Assembly: GCA_964016885.1 (NCBI GenBank)
Contig: OZ024740.1
Span: 339,078,001 to 339,142,000 of the forward strand
Origin: Eledone cirrhosa
Lineage: Eukaryota
Length of the DNA stretch: 64,000 nucleotides
Reading direction: 5' to 3'
The notes under the pieces: model-generated
Seen by the model: the letters and a program-made list of their open reading frames with translations, nothing else
The model's database searches: none
What the model was told of the DNA's origin: nothing
Shown: positions 31,662-46,244 of the stretch, piece after piece
Layout of the letters: each line of letters opens with the position of its first letter
How positions within the stretch are numbered: position 1 is the stretch's first letter
Program-made: the position numbers and the translations under genes

Positions 31662-32089
31662 CCTGTCCTGTAATATCCGCCCTTCTGTTAGGCGTTACTT
31701 TAACACCACGTGGAGTTAATTCATGCGTCTTCCTTGGGTAGATAACTAGTAATTTGTGCAGGGTGAGATATTTATAAAAAATACCACAAAACTAACTAAA
31801 GATTAAAATCGGTGATCGTAATAATTACCAATGTCGATAATTGGTGATTGATACCGATCATTAAAATCGATTGAACGTATCTTTTTGTGTGATTTTATGA
31901 ACCTGTCCGAATGAGTTTGCTTTAGGCGAATTTGCTTTGATTGTATCTTTAAGTAAGTATATTTATTATTTTTTTCTATACATCATACGAGTAGGTTCTC
32001 AACTACATATATAGAAAAAGGTGTTTTTTATATATCGTTTAAATTTGTATAATTGATGCTCTATCATTGTGCTTTTTTTTTTGTTCAGA

Positions 32090-32201
<112 letters not shown>

Positions 32202-32218
32202 TATATAAATATATATAA

Positions 32219-32900
32219 TATTATATATAGAGTTATAAACTCAAATAGTCTTTTACAATTAAATAGCTCAAAGAAAGGAATATTTCTGAGCCGTAATACA
32301 AATGAATATATGATAGGGATAAATACTGATACAAGTATACATGTGTTTGCATTGCAAATGACCAAGTTAGCTAGATTGAAAAATACTAATTAAAATAATA
32401 CGGTTTGCCTGTCTTGATTTAAAATAATAAATCTATAAAAACAAACCTATATTGGCAATAGCCGTGATACCTGGACAAATTTTAAATTTAAATTTTAAAT
32501 TTGTTTCGCAACAATTAAGTGAAATTTCCTATTCCTGTGCTCTTCTGCAGGTATCCAGAAATTGGTAAGTTTCACTTTAAAATACTTAAGAAGACTGAGA
32601 GAAATGTGTTGTTGAACGCACATGTGTCGCAGTGTCTAGCACGTCCTATACTCGTGTCGCTAAAAATAGCAGCCGGTTTTATGGGACAAAAAATTATCTC
32701 AACGCATGGAGCCGAGAATATTATATATAGAGTTATAAACTCAAATAGTCTTTTACAATTAAATAGCTCAAAGAAAGGAATATTTCTGAGTCGTGTAATA
32801 CAAATGAATATATGATAGGGATAAACACTGATACAAGTATACATGTGTTTGCATTGCAAATGACCAAGTTAGCTAGATTGAAAGATACTAATTAAAATAA
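32219..32900. repeat. ~180-bp direct repeat (32219-32400 / 32719-32900), pseudo-LTR-like, adjacent to (TA)n
   Basis: Near-identical copies about 500 bp apart. Confidence 0.75.
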
Positions 32901-33247
32901 CGTCCTACGCCATCTTGTTTTTGTGTGTCACAAAAACAAGATGGCGTAGGACAGAACAAAGGAGAGGCACAAAAACAAAGAAAAGAATCCCCAGTCACTG
33001 CAGAGGTCACAGAATATGTGACGAAAGAACTTTGACAATATATAAACAATCATCTGGTTGTGGAACCAACCAACCAACCGGAAATTTATAAATTCCTAAA
33101 TTTATAAATTTATTATAATAAATTGAAGTGAAAGCACTGGTACGTGTGTTTCTTATTGGCAACATGACCCTCCCAAAGTATAACAATACCGATTTCAACA
33201 CACGTTTTCAGATAAAGAATCTTGCTAAACAAATTCAGAAACGAAAT
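32901..33247 (+). mobile_element. Solo Nematis-like pseudo-LTR with 5' hairpin and mutated HHR (CUGCAGA, 32993-33036)
   Basis: Homologous to 3055-3375; fold-back gtcctacgccatcttgtttttgtg...cacaaaaacaagatggcgtaggac. Confidence 0.8.
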
Positions 33248-33407
33248 ATATATATAAATATATATATAAATATATATATAAATATAAATATAAATATATA
33301 TATAAATATAAATATAAATATATATATAAATATATATATAAATATAAATATAGATAAAAATATATATATAAATATAAATATATATATAAATATAAATATA
33401 TATATAA

Positions 33408-33438
<31 letters not shown>

Positions 33439-34308
33439 AATATATATAAATATATATATAAATATATATATATATATAAATATAAATATAAATATATATA
33501 TAAATATATATATATAAATATATATATAAATATATATATAAATATATATATTTTACTCTTAATAATTCGGCCGGAGAATTATATTCCCATTTGCCCTTTA
33601 TAGCATAACTTTCTGCATTTACTGCGGTTATGAGAAGCGGTTCTTATTCGGGTACAACTTCTGATTTAGCCTAAGAAAATATATATATGCGTGTGTAATT
33701 TATACAAGCATATATTTATTTTTTTATTTTCAATTGAGTTCTTAAACACGTTGGATTGATAATGTTTTCAAAAAAACTAATTAACCCGCGTGTATATTAT
33801 TTTTTTTTTTTCCTCATTTCGTGGGTTGTCTCCCCTTCCCGCTTCGTGTCGCTATGATACTTCCTCAGTCAAAAACTGCTGGAATTTCAAATTTGGCGGT
33901 CATTCGAGGTGAGAGAGAGCAACTTTACGAACATGATTTTTGACAGCGGTAAGAAATTGTTTTCTTATATCAATGTTTAATGGGCTTCCACTGATGATTT
34001 ATAAGTGCCCACCTAAATATATTCTTACATGAATATATATTAGGCTTCTACATAAACTGGAAACATTATCCCAAACTTGTAGAAAACTTATAATGAAACA
34101 ATTGTTTGGAAAGAGAGATATACTTTAACTTTAATTATATCTCATAAAATAATACAACTGGTTTTTCCACATTATGCATATTGTTAGCACCCCAAACACT
34201 TAAATTGGGTTTATATTTAATATAACCTAATGTTTGTTGAGTGAGATGGTTACCAGTCAGAGTTTAGATTTAAACTATCTCTGTTATTGTATTAAATATA
34301 TATATATA

Positions 34309-34645
34309 TTTCGTTTCTGAATTTGTTTAGCAAGATTCTTTATCTGAAATCGTGTGTTGAAACCGATATTGTTATACTTTGGGAGGCTCATGTTGCCAAT
34401 AAGAAACACACGCACCAGTTGCTTTCACTTCAATTTATTATAATAAATTTATAAATTTCTGGTTGGTTGGTTGGTTCCACAACCAGATAGTTGTTTATAT
34501 ATTGTCATAGTTCTTTCGTCACACACTCTGTGACCTCTTCAGTGACTGGGATTCTTTTCTTTGTTTTTGTGTCTCTCCTTTGTTCTGTCCTACGCCATTT
34601 TGTTTCTGTGTGTGTGTTGTGTGCTCAGTCTGCGCATGCGCCATT
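34309..34645 (-). mobile_element. Solo Nematis-like pseudo-LTR with HHR (34504-34546)
   Basis: Homologous to 761-1050; core CUGAAGA/GAAA intact. Confidence 0.8.
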
Positions 34646-34657
34646 TCAATTCTCTCG

Positions 34658-34725
<68 letters not shown>

Positions 34726-34747
34726 ATGTGTATGTATGTATGTATGT

Positions 34748-34834
<87 letters not shown>

Positions 34835-34917
34835 CAGGGTTTGAGAAAACAACTCCAATAACCCACACGAGGCATATTCATCTTATTTTATTCATGTAAT
34901 GTTTTGTTTACGTATTA

Positions 34918-34972
34918 GCTGTCTGATGAAAACGTAACTGTTACAATTTACCATCGAAATACGTATAATAGC
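34918..34972 (+). ncRNA. Type-I hammerhead motif in a small microsatellite-flanked cassette (34835-35097)
   Basis: gctgt CTGATGA ...gtaa..ttac.. GAAA tacgta TA atagc; stem II degenerate. Confidence 0.55.
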
Positions 34973-35093
34973 GATTAAATATTTAATAAATGAGGTAAAT
35001 TCTAACCTACTGGCTTCAGAGTACATATATATTTCGTTGAGAGTTGTATCCTGTATACACAAGAGTCGGATAATTAACTAACACGGAATATAC

Positions 35094-35148
<55 letters not shown>

Positions 35149-35809
35149 TATATATATATGTGTGTGTGTATATACAGGCACATAACCATTTTCTTCATAT
35201 GTCTGTTATATATTACGCTTAAAAACCATTAAAATCTCCTAAACCCACCTCCTCTCATGTGTGGAATGAGAAAGACAGAAATCGTTTTATGATTTGTTGT
35301 GTTGTAGTAGATCACTATTTACAAATGACATTCAAGGATAATCTACTAAATAAATATACAGGCTCTATATTCTGTGTTATAATAATAGACGTTTAGACTG
35401 TAAAAGATAATAAAAACACACCTTTTCTTCAAAACTAGAGCTATATCATCATCCCCCACTATATTCAGCATTATCACCACTATCATAATCTCCACTATCG
35501 TCACCATTATTATCAACATCAACATCATCATCGTCGTCACCACCATTATCATCGCCATCTTCATTTTTCTAAGTATGGTGGAATATCTATAATTACGTAA
35601 CAAAATAAATGTATTGAGAAAGCTAAAGAAAACAGCTACCTCACCAACAATCTTTGTTCTGTTGTCTTCTTTTAAACATTTTACTATTTCTTTTATTTTG
35701 AATATTTAAAGATGTTTTTGAAAAACGTATGTATGTACGCACATACGTATGTATGTATATATCGATATTTATGTATATGCATGTGTGGATGTATATATGT
35801 ATATATATA

Positions 35810-35886
<77 letters not shown>

Positions 35887-36021
35887 GCCTGTGTGTGCAT
35901 GTATATATCTATAGCTATCTATCTCTCTATATATATATATGTATATATTTATGTATATGCCTGTGTGTGGATGCATGTATATATCTATATGTATATGCAT
36001 GTGTGTGGATGTATGTATATA

Positions 36022-36076
<55 letters not shown>

Positions 36077-36095
36077 GCATGTGTGTGGATGTATG

Positions 36096-36127
<32 letters not shown>

Positions 36128-36547
36128 CGCATGTGTGTGGATGTATGTATATATCTATATGTATATATATATAAGTATAGGCATGTGTGTGGCATATATA
36201 TATATATATACATGTGTTTATATAAATATGCATATATATGTATGCGTCTGTTTATATATATATATGTGTGTGTATATGTATAGATATATATGTGTGTGTG
36301 TATATATGTGTATGTGCGCGTACGGTTTTGTTTAAATAAAATAAACATGATGACTTATTTCTAAAATTCTATTTAACACATGACTTTAGATATTTTAAGT
36401 TACTTTACAGTATTTAATGTTATTTCTTAAATTCTTTTCTGTAAAATAGCTTAGGCTAGAGCATTGCCTTTTTAATTGTCTAACACACTTTCAGATCGGG
36501 TGTCCTCACAATCATACATATATGTAGATGTTTGTGCGGGTGGGTGT

Positions 36548-36585
<38 letters not shown>

Positions 36586-36609
36586 GTGTGAGTGTGTGTT
36601 ATACATATT

Positions 36610-36690
36610 TACAGTGTTTCGCAAAAATGTATACACATTTCAACAGCATTCCAAAAAATATGTGTATACATTTTTGTGGGACACTCTGTA
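36610..36690. mobile_element. Tc1/mariner-like mini-MITE
   Basis: TAcagtgtttcgcaaaaatgtatacaca ... tgtgtatacatttttgtgggacactctgTA. Confidence 0.55.
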
Positions 36691-37149
36691 TATGTGTGTG
36701 TGGGTGTATGTGAATGTGTATTTGCGTGCTTGTGTATGAATGTGTTTGTGTGTTTGTGTGTGTGTGCATGTATGTTATCATATATATATAGTATATGTTT
36801 TTGTGTGCGTGCAGGCATATATGTGCGGATAAGGAGGTACACCTCGGAAAAAGGATTGCTAATATTGCGTCAGGCTTACTAATTCTGAAGAATTTGGTAG
36901 ACGGACACCACAGAAGCCTGCCCTGGCTGACAGAATGCATGCGAGTTTTTTTTTCCTCAAAAACATTTTCTCCCTTCCCTCTTCTTCTCCCTCTCTATCA
37001 TCTATTTCATCTTTTATTTCTCATTCTATTTCCTGATGAAGGAATAGTTTGTGTCACTCTGTTTCCTACTATACAAACCGTTAAACTAATATATTTCTTC
37101 TTTGTACCGTGTTGCTTGCTTTGTTGTTTCCGTTTAATTTTTGCATATG

Positions 37150-37189
<40 letters not shown>

Positions 37190-37190
<1 letters not shown>

Positions 37191-37702
37191 CATGTCGCTC
37201 TCAAGTGCTACTGGTAACATGTAACCCAGTACAACCCGTCTCATGGTCGGGTCGTCGGCAACTAAACCGGCAAACCCACCAAGCTTGCTTGGTGAGGAGG
37301 GTTATATTTGGACCCCCTGTGGGATGAAATACAAGACCCGGCAAAGGGCGGAGGAACTCAGCAGAGTCAACGGCCATCCAAATAGTACTGGGGGGAGGGG
37401 TTCGAGTGAAAGGCACCCAGTTGTTGTCACAACACCTTTCTAGGAGAGGGAAACTCTGAAAAAAAATGCGGCTTCGGAAGCATCCGGTGATGTTAAGTTC
37501 TCCTTTTCGGGTAGTGTTTTCGATGCTCTGAGAGTGGGATTGATCGAGTGCAAGGCCTTTCCCCACTTAAAAAATGTTCAAAGCACAGGCATTGCTTGTT
37601 CAGGATATGTTACAGGATTGTGTGACTGGCGGTAGCCTATAAGTGCACCAAACTCTATAATCTGACAAGCGACTGCAATACTCTTAGCAGAGTTTGCAGC
37701 GA
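37190..37702 (+). mobile_element. Non-autonomous RTE-derived element (GC-richer 5'UTR-like region + short tail) ending in (TA)n
   Basis: ctaggagagggaaactctga motif; homology to 14861-15056; tail gcaatactc-ttagca-gagtttgcagc resembles 9003-9030. Confidence 0.5.
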
Positions 37703-39645
37703 TATATATATATATATATTCAAAAGAGGGGGACACTTGACAAAACAAAGACAATGGAAAAAACAACGGAAACATGGACGGTCCCATCAACTCAGTCAAT
37801 CTCTGGAAATCACTACTATTTTGGTAAGATTGAGGTTGATACAATCCATTCCAATGGACATTGGGACGTAACAAAACATGTAGAGTCAAAGGCAGGACAA
37901 TTATGCCTTTCAGGGTATTACAAAAAGACGAAAATGTGTCCAAAATGCGTCAACTGACAAAGAAAGGAGAGAAGAGTGCACGAGAGCTTAGCCAAAGGAG
38001 AAAAATAAAGAAGAGATATAGTAAAAGGAGAACATAATAAGATGGAAAGTAGTCCAACGTCCAGACAAAGAAGACTGACACTGAGGCGTAGAAACGATAA
38101 GAGGGGAGAATAAGGGAAGAGACACCGAGTGGTTTGACGTCAATCAAATAACTGTTTCTACTTTTTGGCAAAGGCCAGCAATTATCCTAGTGCATTACTT
38201 GTGCTTTATTTGAATCTAAGTCTTTAGAATATGAATTCAAAACAGGAGGCGGACAAGACAAAGACAATGGGAAAAAAACAACGGAAAATTGTACAGACCC
38301 ATCTCATCAGTCAACTCCTGGAAATCACTACAATTTCGGTGCATCTATTTTGTCATGCGGTGAGCTTGTATGAATTTTATTGGATTTAACTTAAAATTAA
38401 AATCTTCAAAGTACGTTTTTGAATGTGAAAAATAGTCTAACAATTTGAGTACAGAATCCCCCGGAAACGGAAAAGAATTGAACAGCGTTATCCGTGTGAC
38501 TCGAATTCATATCTGCCTTCTAAAGGACGTCCATGCTTGCCAAATGCAACAAAGTCAAGCTGAGGAATTATTCCGTTAATTTATAATCTTTTAGAAAAGT
38601 AAACAAACGATCTATTTTTAGAACTGGTGAGCGGGAATGAATTTTATTGATTTAACTTAGAGGCTTCCGTTTCTCCCCAGCTGTCACATCCTGAATTTTC
38701 CACTAGGTCTAGCAAAAGAGAGAGATTCGAGAGATGTGTCTGTATATGCTCTGGCTTCATGGGTACCTAAAGCCTTCATTGAAAACATACTACAAGCCTC
38801 CTGGCACTAAGCGGCTTTTGGGGCTTAAGCCCCTCCAATAATTTGTTTCAATATACTTGGGCTTTGGTTTTTACTATACTGATGTTCTATCTACTTTAAA
38901 TATATTAGTATGATCATGTTTTAATTTCTTTCTTAGTCTCGCATTGGGGATAATAGAGTGTGAGCTAATAAAAGTGTACAGTATATATATCTAAACACAC
39001 CAATCTCAAAACTGTAACGGAAGTTCTGTACTATGAAGTATGACTGCGAGTGACGCACGTGGTTTTTATTTTTCTATCTTATTTACTTTTGTAAATTGTA
39101 TTAAGTATTGATTAATATTGGTTTCTGAATTACGCACAATGCCAACAATTTTGAAGGAGAGGAAAGTCTATTAAATTGACCCCAGTCCATTACTGGTACT
39201 TTATTTTATTGACTCCGTAAGGATCATAAAGCTTGTTATCCGATGCTCTACCAATACTGTAGATCCACCTCCCTAGTCCTGATTAATGTTAAAATCTTTT
39301 CCTAGCGAAGTAAATTGCTTGTAGTAAAACTATGTGTCAAATGAAACGGTTGATAATGATGCAATGAATAATATACGATGCTTGGAGGCACCCAATAAAG
39401 GGGTTATGTGAACATAGTAAAATGAGTGGAGAAATTTGGAACAGTTTCGAATTTTTGAATTCATGAAATGTGGAAGGATGTATGTTGTGATATGTTTGTT
39501 GGTGTTTGCGTAGGGCTATGTGATACATCCATACAGGCGAATATATCTACATAGCTTTCGATATATCGATAGACATGCTTGAAAACTTGAAGATGCACCA
39601 ATGTGTGTGGGTAAATTAACATATATGTATATGTATATATATATA

Positions 39646-40372
39646 TTGTTTAGCTCTGGCTTTTAACTATTGAGCACTTTGCCAGTATCATTTCTGATTT
39701 TTGCGTTTCGCTTCGCTTTTCCTGCTCGCCGAAATGTGATTCTCGCTGAATCTTTATTTGTATTAATCTCCCGTGTCTTACAATTAACTTGTTAATAATT
39801 TCTATTGACAGGTTAATTGTATAAGTTTATTTTAAAACTACTCGGTTGAGAACTTATTCGATGTGTGCTATTTATGCTATTTTTCGCATGATTTACACTA
39901 ACTGAATTACTTTGCCAAAATCTGGGGTTATTCCCCTTGTGATTTCCACACGTGGTTAACTTACCACCGTGTCATTCACTTATTTGCTACAGAGAGAAAT
40001 ACCTGTTGATAACGTGATATTCCTTGTTCGATCGTTATACCCAAAGCTTATAATTTTAAGCAGACTGTATTTTGATTTAGGTGTCACAGAAACTCTACAT
40101 CGGATTTTAACAGCAATTCCGGGAGTCCAGGTGTGGTTATCATTTATTTTTTATCATTTATTTTGTTTTGACATGTTTAGCTTGATTTGGTTTTTGGCTT
40201 GGGTAGTTAATGCCTTCTTGAACACCTTTTCAGTTTTGTATGGCTTCTTAACACATTGTTTAGCTCTAGTTTTTAACTATTGAGCACTTTGCCAGTATCA
40301 TTTCTGATTTTTGCGTTTCGCTTCGCTTTTCCTGCCCGCCGAAATGCGATTCTCGCTGAATCTTTATTTGTA
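39646..40372. repeat. ~117-bp direct repeat (39646-39762 / 40256-40372) bounding a TA-flanked unit
   Basis: ttgtttagctct...gctgaatctttatttgta duplicated about 610 bp apart; TA repeats on both outer sides. Confidence 0.75.
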
Positions 40373-40376
40373 TATA

Positions 40377-40420
<44 letters not shown>

Positions 40421-40569
40421 GGCATTCAAACACACACATGCATTTTTATAAGGAAAGAGTTGATTTCTAACAAAGAAAAAAATTCTCGTCATTGGAATTT
40501 GAATAACATAAATAGTGTTAAGCATTGAACTTTAAAACAGTTTTGCCTATTTTTGGTATCTGGTTTTCA

Positions 40570-41050
40570 TGTTGTACTTGTAAGGTGTGTGCTACATGCT
40601 CGATGTCTTTGTCTAAAGAATTATTGGTATAAAGGTGAATTTATAATCTGGATACAGCAGATAAAGGTTTGGAAAGAGTTGTCAATAATTTTTCTTTTTC
40701 TCAGTGATGTTTCAAATAATATATACATCGACAGGACAAATAACATCTATGACAGTAAATATTGTTTCTTTTTGTCCCCCAACAATTTTATCACACCTGT
40801 TATGTTTACAATTGGCAGAAGTTTTGATGAGAATGTTCCAAAAATATTCCTTGTTTTTATATACATATATTCAATAACAATGGATTTTCTTATTTATTCC
40901 AGAACAATCTTTCCTACGGATAGCATTATATATTGGTTTAGCAACAACATCATGTCTTATTTATGACTTCTTTGGGCAGTTGTTGATTACATATGCAATA
41001 TCTTCCACAGAAATGCGACGGAAACATCGTTTCCTGTTGCTTCTTGGAGC
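40570..41050 (-). pseudogene. Decayed RLE-type non-LTR endonuclease region (R2/R4 group)
   Basis: Minus translation RHDVVAKPIY...FWNILIKTSANCKHNRCD...VIDVICPVD...EKKKNY...LYPDYKFTFIPII. Confidence 0.65.
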
Positions 41051-41668
41051 GTTAAGGGCTTCGATATCTCTTTATTTCGTAAGGTACTTCGTAGCTATCA
41101 ACCTTTCTTAGATAGGAAAAGCACGGACATCGAAATGTGACGTGACGTAATGATGACGAGCTCAAGACAAGCCATGCCAATTTTAATGTCCTCAATTTCC
41201 TCGAAAATGTATCAATGCAGACACATTTTTTTCATACAGAGCCATTTTTTTAGGTCTTTTTGTGATAGGCCAATCCGGCAGATTTCGGTTTTCATAGTTG
41301 TTCGAGTGTTTGGGTTTCGATTCCCAGCAGCACGTTGTATCCTTGAGCAAATTACTTTATTTCACGTTGTTCAAGTTCACTCAAATGGCTAAACTGAGTC
41401 GCACTTGTGATTCAAAGGACGAAACTTGTCACACTGTTTCCCGTTGGAATTTCAAGAACTACATTAAGGGTAGACGTCAATTTCATGAGCAGGTTATTAC
41501 GTTAATCACATCAATTGGAAAACTCGCCGTTGGAACTGACGGAGCCCCAACAACTTCTTGCTGAACTTACTACTAGTTCGTATCATAGTACTCTATATAA
41601 AACTTAAACCTCTGCATTCTTTTAATCATTTTATTTGTGCATGCATACGTACATGCGCCCAAACGCAA

Positions 41669-41775
<107 letters not shown>

Positions 41776-42044
41776 AGAAGTTTGAGACGTGTTCAGTTAA
41801 CAGACATACGCTTGAGCGATTAATTGAATAAACTTTATATGCTTCTCCAGTGTCTGGAAATAAAGAAACATTAATGAGCAGAGAATTGTGTATGTAGCAA
41901 GCTACAATGTGACTCTAAACACTTTGACATCTACCAAGGGAAACCCTTATAAACAGAACGAAAAATATCGGATATATGAATAGAAGGAATAACAAAGAAA
42001 GGCGATATATTGAGAGAATTGTTATATCTTTCAATACAATACCT

Positions 42045-43258
42045 GCGGTATGGCATTTTTCATTGAGTTTAAATCCTGCTGAGCTGAAATTTGTCTATTA
42101 TTCTTTCAAGTGGATTGACAGTATCGGTAGAGGGTCGGACGCCATACTTTGTGGCATAGAGTTACGGCCCTTTATGATCTGAGTTCAAATCCCACCGAGG
42201 TTAACTTTGCCTTTCATCCTTAAGGGGTCGATAAAATAAAGTACCAGTCACGCACTGGGTCGATTTAATTGACTTTCCCCTCCCCCAAAATTTCTGGCCC
42301 CCTGCCTATATAGGAAAACATTATTCTTTCAGGCCCGGTACAGTCGTGTAGCTAAAGTTTATGCCGCCAGGAGCAGTCTTTCAGCTTGACCCACACTGCC
42401 CGTGTCTCACGAAAATCACGATGCTATGAACCGTATGTGACGCCCTCCCCGCAAAAGGTGTCTCCCGGTGTGGGTGTCCCTCTCTACATACCACATATGC
42501 TACTGGATCAATAACTTGTTTTCCTTCCTACTGTAATCAATAACTTAAAGTACCAAGGTATTTTTAAGGGTTCGATTCCTATAATGCATCAATAATGTGA
42601 ATAAATATTACATTAGGAAAATCAGCGTTAATTGGCAGAGTGGTCTGAGCGTTGGATTAAATACAAGGTTATATATTCGTACTCTCTACACTCTGAGTTT
42701 AAATCTCGCTGCGGTCTATTTTGTCTTCCATCCTTTCAGGGATGATAAAAAAGATATCAGTCTAGGGGCCGTGGATTAACGGATTCATTACTTTGCAGTA
42801 ACTATTCGATGTATTGATTAATTCTCTATTTACAACTATTGTAATATAATTGTTTCTACTTTTGGCACAAGGCCAGCAATTACCCAGTACATTACTGGTA
42901 CTTTATTTTATCGACCCCGTAAGGATGAAAGGCAAAGTTAAACTCGGTGGGATTTTAACTCAGATCGTAAAGGGACGTAACTACGCTGCAAAGCATGGCG
43001 TCCGACTCTCTACCGATACTGCCAATTCACTATTGTAATATAATATAACGTTATTATTACACAGGGCGGTGGATTGGCAGTATCAGTAAAGGGTCGGACG
43101 CCATGCTTTGCAGCATAGAGTTACGTCCCTTTACGGTCTGAGTTCAAATCCTGCCGAGGTTAACTTTGCCTTTCATCCTTACGGGGTCGATAAAATAAAG
43201 TACCAGTAATGCACTGGTATAATTGCTGGCCTTGTGCCAAAAATAGAAACAATAATTA
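42045..43258. mobile_element. SINE cluster: 42120-42325(+), 42630-42760(+), 42848-43030(-), 43064-43258(+)
   Basis: Same conserved SINE body as 21533-22757. Confidence 0.85.
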
Positions 43259-44046
43259 CACGTCCTGTGCTTCCCGTTCAATTTTCAAACCATCAATATT
43301 CTTGCGACACATGACACCTCTCAATTTCAATAATTGTTTTCAAAATCTGGTATTTAAAATAAAGAAAATATTTACTCTACATGACACTACCGTTAGTTAG
43401 AGAATATATATATACATTAATAGATATTATTGCTAACAATGCAACAAAAACAATTCCAAAGACGCAGTTTTCGGCAATGAGTTAATACAGATTGTCTAGT
43501 ACCTGAAATGTACTTATTTCATCGATCACGACAAAATGAAAAATGGGAAAAACCACACCATTAGAGGACATGATGGGTCCTACATCGGTTTCGACGATGA
43601 GATTTATTTGTTCAATCATCTGAGCGTTTAACTTGTGAATTAACTTGTAGATGGTTGAATATTCCACAGTTACGAGTAGCCTTAACATTATTCCCCAAAC
43701 TACTCAGCATAATATACTATGACAAGGTTGAACAAGTGCAGTCAACATAACGAGATTTGACATAGTTTCCATCCACTCAATTTCACGCACAAATCACTGA
43801 TCAATGCGTGTTATGTAAATAACACGTTATGGTAAATAACACATGCCCAAGATACCACGCAATAGGCATGAACCTATGAGTTAATGATTGCAAAGCGAAT
43901 TCATTAACCACTCAGAGATGCTAGCTTTCACATTAGGCGTAATGAAAAGCTGCCAAGAGATGAACAGTAGTTGGAAAGCATAAGGATTTGTTCGAAAATT
44001 AAAAAGCACCAGACAGCCCTGTGTTCAAATCTTACCTAGATTTGTG

Positions 44047-44226
<180 letters not shown>

Positions 44227-45029
44227 TCATAAAACTCAGAGAAGAGAAAGGGCGACACAAGTAGGAAGAGTTGATATAAGAGATAATTGCAAAGAAGGGG
44301 GTGTTGAAAGGAGGAGAGATACATGAACAGTGTAGACAGACGGAGGAGAAGGAGGAGAGAAAAAGAAAGAGGTGACAATGGAGAAAGATAGATATAGGAA
44401 ACAGATGACACATTGTATCATGCGTCTAAATGCAAAGAACATTTTTCAAAACACATGACTAACAGCCAGGAGAACAATACAACCTTATTATGTTTGTCTA
44501 CAGTGTCTTTATCAATATGTCATGGATGAAATATCATTTTAATATTTATATATTGAATAAATTGAACAAAAATTTGAAGAAAAGAATAAAATGATATTAG
44601 TACAATGTTGAGTGGAACACGTTGTGTCTCCATAAATCAAGACTCATACAAAAAGATGTTTGAGGGCCGATGTAGGAAGCAGAGAATGAAATAAACTTTA
44701 TAATTCTAAAATGAAGTGTGAATGGAGACATGTTTCTAGACGTCATATATGTATTTATTTTTATGTCTCTATACATTTTTAATGTATTTTTTTCTTTTAC
44801 TTGATGTATTTCAATCTTCTCTGTATTTCAGTTACGTGGGTGAGATATGGTTGGTATTCGATGGAAGACATTCTTTAGGTCTTGACATAGATAAATGAAT
44901 GCGTACGAGAAGAGGAAAGAAAGAAAGCACTTGACTAGGGCACATTTTAGGATTTAGGGGTTTCTCTCTGTTTATTTTGACAGACATTATATATATATGC
45001 ATATATGTATGTATGTGAGTATATGCGTA

Positions 45030-45076
<47 letters not shown>

Positions 45077-45223
45077 ATATATGTACATATGTATGTATAT
45101 ATGTATATATATATGTATATTTATGTGTGTATATAAGCATATATATGTATGTATATATGTATATCTGTGTATGTATGTATGTATGTACGTATATAATAAT
45201 AATAATAATAATAATATTAATAA

Positions 45224-45405
45224 TAATTGTTTCTACTTTTGGCACAAGGCAAGCAATTATCCCAGGTAACTTTATTTTATCGACCCCATAAGAATGAAAG
45301 GCAAAGTTAACCTCGGCGGGATTTGAACTCAGATCATAAAGGGCCGTAACTCTTTGCTGCAAAGCATGGCGTCCGACTCTCTACCAATACTGCCAATCCA
45401 CCGCT
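45224..45405 (-). mobile_element. tRNA-derived SINE, full length, between (AAT)n tracts
   Basis: Reverse complement of the SINE consensus, including the head gcggtggattggcagtattggtagaga. Confidence 0.85.
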
Positions 45406-45417
45406 CGTTTTAAATTG

Positions 45418-45476
<59 letters not shown>

Positions 45477-45479
45477 CAA

Positions 45480-46230
45480 CAAATTACCAAGCCAACATAA
45501 TAAAAAATGGGTGCAGCCCATTATGCCGTGTATGCAAAAAACAACCAGAGACCATTGACATATAATTTCAATGTGCAGTCCTATAGCTCCAACCGAATAC
45601 CTAAACAGGCATGACAGAGCTGCACAATACATACATTGGATAATGTGTAAGCATTTTGACCTGCCCTATCAAAAGAATTGGTGGGAGCATCAACCACCTC
45701 CCATACTTGAAAAAGATCACATCTCAATCTTGTGGAACTTTAGCATCCAAACAGACCGAAAAATAGATGCAAATCGACCTGATATAATATTGAAGGACTT
45801 TCAAAGGAGGGTATGCCTGCTAATTGATATGTCTGTTCCAATAGACAAGAATGTATCTATAAAAACATTTGAAAAATTGAGCAAGTATAAGGACCTGGAG
45901 ATAGAAATTGGAAAAATGTGGAAATTGAGAACTAAAACAATACCAGTGGTTGTAGGCGCTCTGGGAATGATACCTAAAGGGTCTAACGACTACTTATCTC
46001 AAATCCCAGGAAACCCGCGTATAGGAGAAATACAAAAGATAGTACTAATGGGAACTGCCCATATACTAAGGAAGATCCTGTCAATATAAGTACATCACAA
46101 GTCTAAACACTAAGGATGCATGTGTGAATATGTATGTTCTTTCTTGAACATGGCGGACTTGTTGTCTCTTGAGGTCACTGGTTGTGACTTGGTGATAACT
46201 CGTATGAACATAAAGCAAGATAAATGCAAA
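45480..46230 (+). mobile_element. 3' fragment of an R4/Dong-clade non-LTR element (RLE domain ORF 45571-46089 + 3'UTR) in (TAA)n
   Basis: RHDRAAQYIHW, ILWNFSIQTDRKIDANRPDI, LIDMSVP, KYKDL, PVVVGALG; (TAA)n on both sides. Confidence 0.9.
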
Positions 46231-46244
46231 TAATAATAATAATA

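Noticed and set aside
37030-37070. CTGATGA followed by a hairpin
   Set aside because: No GAAA, stem III or cleavage triplet; at most a decayed HHR
43482-43688. 68-aa minus ORF
   Set aside because: Short, no recognisable motif or splice support
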